Shown here piece after piece: positions 29,355 to 41,056 of a DNA stretch of 64,000 nucleotides; positions within the stretch are counted from its first letter, which is position 1, and each line of letters opens with the position of its first letter. The stretch lies in contig JBODTK010000102.1 in the NCBI GenBank assembly GCA_050613775.1, positions 310,001 through 374,000 of the forward strand, written 5' to 3'. Source of the DNA: Neocallimastix sp. 'constans' (Eukaryota). The translations under genes and the position numbers were made by a program. Below the pieces are notes generated by a model that made no database searches, was not told the origin of the DNA, and saw only the letters and a program-made list of their open reading frames with translations.

Positions 29355-29570
29355 TTTTATAAAATGATTATCTCTTCTTTTATTATATTTTTAACAAAGT
29401 TACAGTTCGAGGAAATTATCTTTAAAAAATATTTTATTATTATGTTAATATATATAAATTACACAAGAATATATTATTGGTCATATACTTTATATATATA
29501 AATTAAAATTATACTACAAAACTCCTTAATTTAATATGAATATAAAACTTTAATATTTATATTTTTAACA
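29355..29570 (-). repeat. 5' LTR of element D
   Basis: Direct repeat of 17893-18111, adjacent to the PBS. Confidence 0.92.
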
Positions 29571-29834
29571 ATATTTTTTAGACACATTAATGTTTATAAT
29601 AGTTTAATTTATTTATATTATAGATATTTTATTATTTATTAATATATTTTTTTAAAAATAGAACTAAAGAAAAACATATTCATTTAGAAAGCTTTTATAC
29701 ATGAATATTATTTATTAAACTAATTGATTGGTTAATATAAAATGAAGTATAGTAAATATATTTTAACACTCCTCCTCAAATGTAACTTCGTTTCAATGTT
29801 ACATTTGTTTAATTTTAACTATATTTTTTTAGAA

Positions 29835-32800
29835 TTAAAATTTTAAATCCTCTATTTTATATAATAAAGAATTTCTGAATTTTTCCATAAGAGTGTTATT
29901 CAGATATTTAGTGAATCCATCTGCCAAATTATTTTGAGATTGAATATATTCTAATTTTATAAAATTTTTATTTATTATTTCTCTAATATAATGAATTCTT
30001 ATATCAATATGTTTTGTCTTCGGATTAATGGATTGATTTTTGCTATTGAATATGGCAGCTTTGTTATCTATTTTTATTTTAATACATTTAATATTATAAT
30101 ATAATTCTTTCATTAAGTTTAAATACCAAATGCAGTGCTTGCCACATTCACTCAGACTATAATACTCCGATTCTGCAGTAGATGTTGACACACAGTGTTG
30201 TAGCTTGGAACACCAGCTAGTTGGTGCGTTGCCCATGGTTACTAAAAAACCTGTTGTTGATCTTCTGGTTTCAGTATCTCCTGCAAAGTCGGCATCAACA
30301 AAGGCTTCTATTCCTAGTTTCCTTGTATAGTTTATCCCGTAACTCGTTGTTCCTTTAAGATATCTTAGTATTCTTACGACATTGTTCCAGTCTTCCATAT
30401 TCGGATTATTTGATTTTCGTGCTGCTTTACTTACCGAAAATAGAATATCAGGTCTGGTGCATATAGCAATGTAGAGTAAATTTCCTATTGCACTTCGGTA
30501 GGTAGTTTGATTAAACTTTATATTTCTAAGTTTGTCGTCCGTAATTGGTTTTGTATTCCTTAATGGTTTTTCATTATTTATATTGAATTTTTCTAAAACC
30601 TCTATAATGTATCTTCTTTGATGTATAAAATATCCATTTTTGTGTTTAACAAATTTTATTCCGATAACGAAATCCACGTCGCCAATTTCTTTTATTTTAT
30701 ATTTTCTTTTGAAATAATCTTTTATATATTTAATTTCATTCTCTTTTCCAGTGATTAAAATATCGTCAACATAAATACCGACGATACATAAAATGTTTTT
30801 ATTTTTATCGTTTTTTACATATATACATGGTTCACTTATCATTCTTCTAAGTCCTATTTTAGTTAAGAATTTATTAATTTCTTTATTCCATTCTCGTCCG
30901 CTTTGTTTCAGACCATATATAGCCTTGTTTAATTTCCAGTATTTTCTATTAAAATCTGGATGACCTTCTGGAGGTTTCATATAAATATTTTCACTTAACT
31001 TGGCATTAAGGTAAGCAGCGTTTATATCGATTTGTTCTATATTAAAATTATTTTGGGCAGCAATTGAAGTTAAAATTCTGATAGAGTCGTGTTTTAACGT
31101 TGGTGCAAAAGTATCATGAAAGTCTATTCCAAATTCTTGGGTAAAACCTCGTGCTACCAATCTTGCCTTTCTTTTTGTTATCTCGCCATTCGCATTTCTT
31201 TTATATTTGAAGATCCATCGTGAGGAAATTACATTGGCATTTTTGGGTATATATTTAATTGTATTAAATACATTTAAGTTTTTCATATTGCTTAATTCTT
31301 CATTTACTGCATTAATCCACTCTTTTCTATCGATTAAATTTTGAATATCTTTATAATTTTCTGGTTCTCTTAAGGTATTTGTTGTCTTTCTTCTTTTGTT
31401 ATTACTTTCATTTATAATATTCATAGTTCTTTTTTTATTATTGGTCTCGATATTATTTAATTTAAATGAATTGTTATTAGTCAATAAAGTATTTATAATT
31501 TCGTTTCCATTACGTTGAATATAATTTTTATTGATAATTGTGTTGTCATTTACTCTGCTGTTTTCAATATTATTATTGTTATTGATTGTTTTATTGGCTG
31601 TATTATCATTTATTTTATTATTATTATCTTCTATATTTTGGCTATTATTATTATTTTCAATATTATTATTATTAATTCTAATTTTATTATTACTATTATT
31701 TGTATTATTATTATTACTATTATTTGTATTATTATTATTATTATTATTTATATTATTATTATTGATAAAATTATTATTGGTTATGTCATTATTATTAATA
31801 TTATTATTGTTTATATTATTATTATTATTTGTATTATTATTAATGAAATTATTGTTATGGTTATTATTATTGATATTTTCATTGTTATTGTTACTATTAT
31901 TGTTACTGTAATTATTATTTCTTTGTTTTTTGTTATATTTTCTTTTATTCTTAGGATTATTTTTATTGATTATATCTTCGTATATATTTTGTATATTGCT
32001 ATTATTTAATATTGGTGAATTATTTAAGATGTTTTCTGAATTAAAAAATTCTTTAGAACCTGGATAATCAATTTTATTTAATCTTTGTTGAATATTATGA
32101 TTAATGTTATATGTATTGGTATCGTATGTATTTTTATTATAGTATGTATTATATGTATTATCTCTCCTGATTTCGTGATCCGGAATAAAATTGGAAAATT
32201 CAGGTGAGCATTCTTTAAGATAACTGTTTCCAGGATTGGATTCGAAAAAGGCAACAGATCTAGATAGGATTATTTTATTAGTAGTAATATCTAAAATTTT
32301 GTAAGCTGATGGATTTTCAGAGTATCCTAGAAAAATCCCTGGTTTAGTATTGTTATCGAATTTAGATCTAAAGACTTTAGGAATAAAGAAATAAACTTTG
32401 CATCCAAATACTTTAATATTTGAATAGTTGACCTTTGTTTTGTTAATTATTTCATAAGGTATTTTCATATTTATTCCTTTGTGCGGAATGCGATTATGTA
32501 TATAATTAGCAGTAGAGGTAGCATCTTCCCAAAATTGGTGACTAAGTTTAGAGTCATTCAGCATAGCTTTGGCGGAATTAATTAGGGTGCCATTGAATCG
32601 TTCCACCCTTTCATTTTGTTGTGGGTTATATGGTACAGTTAGCTGATGTTTGATACCATAAGATTTAAAGAATAAATTAAAATTATTATTGCAAAATTCT
32701 GTACCATTATCCGTTCGAATATATATAATTCTAGTATTATACTTATTTTTAATACTTAAAAACCAATTGTAAAATGAGTTAAAGGTGTCACTTTTAGATT

Positions 32801-34648
32801 TTAAAAACAAAGTCCATCCATAGCGTGAATAGTCATCGAGGATTGTAAAAAGATATTTGTTACCATAAAGTGATTCAGGAAGAGGACCAACCAAGTCCAT
32901 GTGAAGTAATTCAAATATATGTTTCGACTTATTTATTGCTTGCTTATATGGTTTATTTTTAAGTTTTGAATTCATACAAATTGGGCATTGATTAACTGGT
33001 GTATTAAGTTTTAATAATTTGTTTTTAATATGGCTAATATCAAAATGACATAATCTTCTATGCCATAAATTTAATCTCTTTGCTGCATTTGATGTAGTGA
33101 AATTTATTTCTAAATTATTATGTTGATTGTTATTATTATTGAGATTTATTTTATTATTGGTAAACCAAATTTTAAATGTATTAGTCTTGGTTGCAGTGAT
33201 GTTAACTATTCTTTTATCATTGCTATCGTAAATGATTGCATATGATTTATTATTTGAATTATTAAAAACAATTTTATAATTTTCTTTTAGTAATTTGCAT
33301 ATGGATATTAAATTTTTATTGATGGCTGGAGAGTAGTATACCTCATTAAGTATTACTTCATTGTTGTTTACATACCCCTTAAATTTTCCTTTATGGACAG
33401 CTGTAATTATTTGTCCATTAGCTAGATTAATTTCTTCATTACATTTTTTATGTCTATTAGAAGATTAAGATTGCTTGTGATATTGATTGAAGCACCGGAG
33501 TCCAAAATCCAACATGAAAGAAAGTTTTTGTCACTATCTTCATTTAAAAATTCTTTTTCAACGTTACAGTAATTTAATTCAATATTATTTTCTGTATTAT
33601 AATCTTTAGTAAAGGCATCTGTGTATATTGTGTCATAATTACTTGAAGAGGCATCATTAGTGTTCACATAATTAATATCGTTTTGAAATTTTCTTTTGTT
33701 TTTAGTTCTTTTATTAAATTTATTTTTGTTTTGATTTTTATATAAATTATTTTTTCTGAATTTACATTCATAGAAGTAATGTCCTCTTCTTCCACAATAG
33801 TTACATCTTCCACTATTCCTTTTAAGGCTTTTTCTTTTACCTTTAGTTCTATTATTGTTTCGATAATTCTTGCTCTTTCTTGTTTCAGCATTGAAGAGAA
33901 CATTATTGTTGTTTTCCTGAATGGAATTTTTTTCTTTTAAATTAGATAAAACGATATTAGGGATGATTTCCTTAACATAATAGCAGCATGATTCCCAACT
34001 CTTATGTTGAAAGACGTTTATCCACCTTAGATCTTCAGGTAAGCATCTATTTAGAATGCCGATTTTTGTATTTATACTAAGGTCATTGTCAATTTTCTCA
34101 AGTTCGTCTATTAAATTTTGCAAATTGGCAATGAATATATTTATATCGGTCTTGGTGTCAAACTTCATTGTTTCAATTTTGTTTTGGATTTCGATTTTTC
34201 TTCTTTCCTTGCTTTTGGTAAACGATTCTTGGAAGATGTTCCAAATTTGGAAAGCGGTCTTTTCATTTCCATTTATTAGTTTTTGTGTTTGTTCTCCAAG
34301 CCCATTTATGATAATCCATTTGGCCGTGATGTCGTTAGTTATATCAATGTTTTTAGTGTTCTTTTCATAAACTAACGAACTATCAAATTGATCCTCCGGG
34401 TAATCTGTTAATTCTTCTATTATATCTCTTTTTCTTAACTTCTTTACAATTGGATGAAGGACATATTTGGTTAATTTATTTATTCTTAGCAAATACAGAA
34501 TTTTTCTTCTCCAACCAGGGTAGTTTTCTGTATATAGTTCAGTAATTTGGTTGAAATTTTCGGAATAATTAAAGGTTATTCCGTTATGTGTAATATCTTC
34601 TCCGGTGAGGTTGATAACTTGTTCTTGGTTTCTTCTTCTTCCGGCCAT
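29835..34648 (-). CDS. copia gag-pol of element C with a single 1-nt frameshift in an A-run at ~33445
   Basis: CNYCGRRGHYFYEC, WILDSGAS, then the pol frame is open from ~33441 (CNEEINLANGQ...LWHRRLCH) through integrase, RT (YVDD) and RNase H to 29835. Confidence 0.92.
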
Positions 34649-35167
34649 TTCGAGTACTTTTGAAGTCTTAAATTTTTATTATTATTTTAAATTAATTATA
34701 ACTATTTTTTAATATCTCAATTAATAAAAATATTTTAGTAGTTTTTTTTTTTTTTTTTTTAAAAATATTATAATATTTAATTCTGTTAATTTTTATTAAT
34801 TTATTAGTATTAATTTGTTATATTAAAAATTCTCATTTTAATTTTTACTTAAATTTGATTTCATTAATTTGTTACTATTTTTATCTCATTTAGTATTGTA
34901 ATACCAAACTTTAATAAATAAGGCATTTATATTATTTAATTTATTATTAATTTTGATTAAATAAAAAGTGATTATCATTTGATTAGATTTTTTATTTTTT
35001 ATTCATTGATTAGTTTTATAATTTCATTTTAATATATTTGATATATTATATAATGTGATTTATTCAAAATTTTATTTAATACATATAATTAGTTTTTTTA
35101 TTATTATTTTAATTTATTTATATTTTTTTTTATATTAATAATATTTTAGTTTCAAATTTATCTAAAT

Positions 35168-35397
35168 ACCATCAGTTGACTATTTATTTCTCATCTTGAT
35201 GATACTGTGTTTATTTTATTTTTAATATTAATATCATCAGTTGACAATAAATTTTTCATCTTGATGATATCATTTTTATTTTATTTTAATATTAATATCA
35301 TCAGTTGACAATAAATTTTTCATCTTGATGATATCATTTTTATTTTATTTTAATATTAATATCATCAGTTGACAATAAATTTTTCATCTTGATGATA
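35168..35397. repeat. Four tandem hairpin units (64-65-bp period) in the 5' leader of C
   Basis: ATCATCAGTTGAC-N-TTCATCTTGATGAT with CATCAGTTGAC at 35170, 35235, 35299, 35363. Confidence 0.92.
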
Positions 35398-35885
35398 TTA
35401 ATTTTATTATTTAACAATTTAACTATAATTTTATTTATTGTTGATTAAAAAATATCTTTATTTCTTATGGATTTGATTCGGTAATAAATAAAATACAATA
35501 AATAATAAAAATAATAATTTATTAGTTCTTTGGTTTTATTGAAAGGTAAAAATAGAAAAATTTAATTTATATTATAACTTAACTTTATTTTAAATCAAAC
35601 TCAATTAGTAGATTGAGACTCTTAATCTTTTAGACACATTAATGTTTATAATAGTTTAATTTATTTATATTATAGATATTTTATTATTTATTAATATATT
35701 TTTTTAAAAATAGAACTAAAGAAAAACATATTCATTTAGAAAGCTTTTATACATGAATATTATTTATTAAACTAATTGATTGGTTAATATAAAATGAAGT
35801 ATAGTAAATATATTTTAACAATATTTAAATATAAAATTTTAAAAAAAGTAATAATTTAATATTTTACTATCTATTAAAATAAACT

Positions 35886-36451
35886 GGAGGAGGTGCATTT
35901 CGAAAAATTTCATTTTCATATAGCAATAATTTTTTAAAAAGTAAATAAATAAATAAATAATAAAACAAATAAATAATATATATAATATAAATAATTAATT
36001 AAAGAAATAAAAAAAATAAATAAAACTATAATAAATAAAAAAATTTAAAATTAAAATTTTAAATAAAAAAAAAAAATATTTATATAAACATAATATATAT
36101 AATATATATAATAAATTTACATTATATAATAATAAATATTCATTAGAATTAAAGTTTAAAAAAAAATATTTAATCATACATTTTAAACGTTTTATAATAT
36201 TTCAATAAATATGTATGATTAATAATAATTATATATATATATAAATCAGTATTAATAATTTAAAAGATGTAAAGAAAAATAATTTAAAATATAAATATTA
36301 AAATTAAAAAACATTTATTAAAAAGATTAAAAAATAATATCTAAATAATTTAATTAACCATGTTTACACCTTTTAAGACCTTTCGCAGTATTTTAAAAAA
36401 TTTTAAATTACTAATAAATTTTTTAATAAAAGAAATATTTATAAATAATCC

Positions 36452-36493
<42 letters not shown>

Positions 36494-36752
36494 TGTTAAA
36501 AGTAGCACAAAGTTTAGATGATTTTATGTGGTTATTTTTTATTTTTTATTTTTTATTTTTTATTTTTTATTTTTTATTTTTTATTTTTTATTTTTTATTT
36601 TTTATTTTTTATTTTTTATTTTTTAGTTTTTATTTTTAAGTTTTTATTTTTATTATTTAACTTTTATTTTTTATTTTTTATTTTTTATTTTTTTTATTAT
36701 TTATTTTATTATTTATTTATTAATTTATAAAAATTTTTGAAATGACACTCTC
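35886..36752. mobile_element. Probable non-autonomous MULE/MITE
   Basis: Ends GGAGGAGGTGCATTTCGAAAAATTT / AAATTTTTGAAATGACACTCTC; flanks AAATAAACT / GAATAAACT (8 of 9 match); no ORF. Confidence 0.55.
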
Positions 36753-36867
36753 GAATAAACTAACCCCATATAATTTATTACTATTACATAAATTTATTAT
36801 TTTAACATAAATTAATACCTTAAATTATGAATAATTTACATAAATTTATTATCTTAATAATTTCTCA

Positions 36868-39245
36868 GGGAGTATTGCTTTTCGACATAATTTATGTATA
36901 ATCATTTATTCATGTATTACAATGTGGCTTATAAAAATAAATGAATAGGATAGGGTTAAATTTTTTTTTTTTTTTTAAAATTTTTATAACATTTACAGTA
37001 AAAAAAAAAATAAATAATAAAGTAATAAAATAAAAAATAAAAAAAAATAAATAATAAAGTAAAATATAAAAAATAAAAAAATAAATAATAAAGTGAAATA
37101 AAAAATAAAAAAAAAAAAAAATAAATAAATAAAAATAAAAAAAATAAAAAAAATAAATAAATAATAAATAAATAATAAATAATAATGTAAAATAATAAAA
37201 AAAAAAAAAGAATAAAGTAAAATATAAGATTAAAAAAATAGATTGAAACAAAAAAAATTAAAAAATAAAAAATAAAACTTTTAATTTAAAATATTTATAA
37301 GTGGACGATAAATTAGAAATAAGTGAAACTAATAAAGAAAAAAACCAAATCATTGTACAGAAAATATAAATTAAATTTATGGTATATAACGAATAATACA
37401 AAAGTATTCAAATGTACTGAATATAAAACAGTTAAAATATGTAAATCTTATATTATTCTAAATGATAATAATAAAGTTATAAAATATGAAAACAAACATA
37501 CTCATCCAGGAAAAGAATATGATGCATCTGTATCAATAGTAAAACATAAAATGAAAAATGAAATTAGAAAAACCTCAATCCCATTTGATATAAATCCAAA
37601 ACATATATATAATGAAATATCTGAAGAAATTGGATTGATATAAATCCAAAACATATATATAATGAAATATCTGAAGAAATTGGATTGATATGCCCTGAAT
37701 ATAGTTCAATTAAATCCCAAATATCAAGATATATAAAAAAACAACTACCTCCTGATATATCAAAATTTAATGAAATTCCAGATGAATCTGAATATTATAT
37801 AAACGAAAGAGATGAAAATTTTATGATATTCAAAAATTCTAATATTATAATTTTTCAATCACCATTCCAAACAGAATTGTTTATTAAATACAACGAAAAT
37901 ATGTTTGCTGATGGTACATTTTATATTGCACCAATATTTAGTTATTAAGTGTTTATAACAAGAGTATATGCTCCAGAAATAAATAGTTTTTACACTACAT
38001 CATTATCTATATTAAATAATAAAGAACAAACAACCTATGAATTGTTATTTGAAGAATTAAAAAAGAATGCAAGCAAATATAATAATAATATTATAGTTAC
38101 ACCAAAAATTTTGCATTGTGATTTTGAAAAAGGTATATCCAATTCTACCATTAAAATATTTCCTAATATTACTATTAAATATTGTGTATGGCATTATAAA
38201 AGATCGTTAGAAGTTCAAAAAAATAAATTATGTTATAATGAAGTTGAAAATAATAATAAAATTTATTTGTTTTATAATGCTATTACAAATTTTCCTTTTA
38301 TAAATCCTGAATATATATTTGATATTTATAATTATATTAAAATTATATGTCAAATATATAATTATTTCAATTTTTTAAATTTTTTGGAATATTTTAATAA
38401 GACTTATTTATATAAATATGATATTCAATATTGGAATTATTATAACGATATAAACCACATAACAAATAATGCTTCAGAATCTTTAACAATTACTTAAAAA
38501 AATTGTTTTGCAAAAAACCTTCTTTCTATGAATTGATTTATCATTTAAAAAGAGAAGAATCTTTATCTTACAATAATTACAAAAGGAAAATTGAAGGGTT
38601 TTGGAAAAAAAAAAGAATAGTAACAAAAACTGATGAAATCAATGATTTAATTATAAAATACAAAAAAAAGGAATCCAAATTAATTGATAAAAAATGTAAT
38701 AAAAATGATATCATTGATTTATAGTATAAATGTTTATTAGAATTAAACACGCTCTAAATTTATAAATAATAATTAACTAGAATATATATAGTTTAAATTA
38801 TATTAATATCAACATCAATATATTTTATTAATATCAATATCAAAATATTTTATTAATATCAATATCAATATTTTAATTTTATTAATATTAAATATTTAAT
38901 ATTATAATAAGTATTATTCTATTATTTAAATAATTTAATAATAAAATATAAAATTTTATTTACTTTATTTAAATAAAATAAAATGGATAGGTTTTATTAT
39001 TAAAATATTTAATAATAAAATATAATAATGAAATAAAATATAATAATAAAATAAAATAAAATTCTTAACAGAAAACCTATTTATTCTTTTATTTATTCTT
39101 TTTTTAGTTTTTATTTTATTTTTTAATGTTAAAATACAATAAATAAAAATATACGTTGAAAATAGTGGCGTATTACATATATTATACACATTGTACAAAA
39201 TTTTATGATGATTATACATAAATTATGTCGAAATGCCTCACATTC
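36868..39245 (+). mobile_element. Mutator-like DNA transposon (MULE1), 9-bp TSD AATTTCTCA
   Basis: TIR core TTTCGACATAATTTATGTATAATCAT inverted at both ends; TSD at 36859-36867 and 39246-39254. Confidence 0.93.
37301..38757 (+). pseudogene. MULE transposase pseudogene
   Basis: Fragments (FKCTEYK, ADGTF, HCDFEKGI, CVWHY, TNNASES) colinear with the 474-aa transposase; a 50-bp duplication, stops and frameshifts. Confidence 0.92.
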
Positions 39246-40329
39246 AATTTCTCAAAGAATTTTTTTAATATAATAAATAAATAAATTAATTAATAATAAA
39301 ATAAATAAATAATATAAATAAATAAATGTATAAAATATATATAAATAAAATAGTAATAAATATATTATTAGTTTTTTTTTTAAAAAATATATATATATTA
39401 TATAAATAGCATATTAGAAATAAAGTTCAAGATTATTTAATTTTTAATTAATTATTTAGAGTAGCTTAATTTTTATATAGTTTATTAAAATATTTTAATA
39501 TTTAATAAATATTAATAAAAAATATTTTCAATAAAAGAGATATGATAAAGTACGCCTTGGTTCAGTCTCTTACTGGGAAAAGTTATATAATTTATTTATG
39601 AAATTTATTAATATAATTTTATTTACTTATTTATTAAATATTTATTTATTTATTTTATAGTTTAAATTTATTTAATTAACTAATAATTTTTATAAATTCA
39701 TATTAAATATCATTAAACTAATTTTACTAATAAAATATATTAATTTTTACAATTTTTATGATTATAATTTTAAATACTTGAATTGCAAAGAATTAACATA
39801 AAAAATGTATTCTTTATATAATTTTCTTTAATTATAAACTATTTAAAAATAATAAGAAATAAATATTTAGTTAAATATTATAAAAAGTATAATATAAATA
39901 ATAAAATAATTAAAAAATATAAAAATATAAAAATATTATAAAAATATAATAAAAATATAATAAAATAAAATAATTAAAATAATATAAAATAAAACTTAAT
40001 TAATTTATAAATTATTTACATATTTACATAACATAAAATTTATGTTATAAATTTTATGTTTACATTAATTTTATGTATTTTTAGAGAATTTATTATATTA
40101 CATAAATTTATCTTATATCACGTTATTTCTGGATCATTTTATAGGGGAAGTTGCATTACGCCAATTTTTTTCACGTGATATATATAAATTTGTGGCTATA
40201 GCTATATTATACTACATAATATTATTTTATTGTATTATTTTGTTATTTCAATTTTTAAATTAATTATTAAGTGAATAATTAAATAAATCATATAATGGTT
40301 AGATTTTTTGATTTTAATTCTTTTTTTTA

Positions 40330-40870
40330 ATAATAATTCTTTTATTTAAATGTTATTAAAAATATAAATATTATTAATTATTTTACTTAAATGTTATTAA
40401 TAAAAAAAACACATAAATGTTATTAATAATAATTCTTCTTTTATTTAAATGCTATTAAAAATATAAATGTTATTAATAATAATTCTTCTTTTATTTAAAT
40501 GCTATTAAAAATATAAATGTTATTAATAATAATTCTTCTTTTATTTAAATGCTATTAAAAATATAAATGTTATTAATAATAATTCTTCTTTTATTTAAAT
40601 GCTATTAAAAATATAAATGTTATTAATAATAATTCTTTTATTTAAATGTTATTAAAAATATAAATATTATTAATTATTTTACTCAAATGTTATTAATAAA
40701 AAAAAACACATAAAAATATAAATGTTATTAATAATAATTCTTTTACTTAAATGTTATTAAAAATATAAAACTAATAATAATAATTTTTTTATTTAAATTT
40801 TATTAATAAAAAATTATATAAAATTACAAATGTTATTAAAAATATAAATTTTATTAATAATAATTCTTTT
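40330..40870. repeat. ~50-bp subterminal tandem repeats of MULE2
   Basis: aaatgttattaataataattcttcttttatttaaatgctattaaaaatat repeated with degenerate flanking copies. Confidence 0.88.
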
Positions 40871-41056
40871 CTTTTAAAAATTATTAAGCGAAATAATAAT
40901 TATAATGATAAAACTATAAATTATACATTGTATTTGAATATTTATTAAAACTGTATAAATTTAATATGCTTTATAAATTAAATTATTGAATGACAGAATT
41001 CTGATTATTTCATTTGGTCATTCCTCATTTCTTAATTATTTATTATAAAGTAATAT

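Larger units (their letters stand above)
17893..29570 (-). mobile_element. Non-autonomous cargo-carrying LTR element (element D, ~5.4 kb without nested B), TSD ATATT
   Basis: LTRs at 17893-18111 and 29355-29570 (a few substitutions and a short indel); PPT complement ttcctcctcaag at 18112; PBS at 29341-29354; ATATT at 17888-17892 and 29571-29575; no gag/pol motifs outside nested B. Confidence 0.9.
29576..35820 (-). mobile_element. Full-length young Ty1/copia LTR retrotransposon (element C), TSD ATATT
   Basis: 193-bp LTRs at 29576-29768 and 35628-35820, identical by eye; PPT complement ctcctcctcaaa at 29769; PBS at 35614-35627; ATATT at 29571-29575 and 35821-35825. Confidence 0.97.

Noticed and set aside
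31515..32009. Hydrophobic I/L/F/Y-rich ORFs (also 7737, 36518, 36910, 55618, 56113, 56904, 61985 and others)
   Set aside because: Antisense of Asn-rich linkers or translations of AT microsatellites
33422..33455. Programmed -1 frameshift (A AAA AAT) in C, and the gag/pol shift in B at ~22875
   Set aside because: The positions are not conserved between B and C, and each is explained by a single missing A; mutation or sequencing error is more likely
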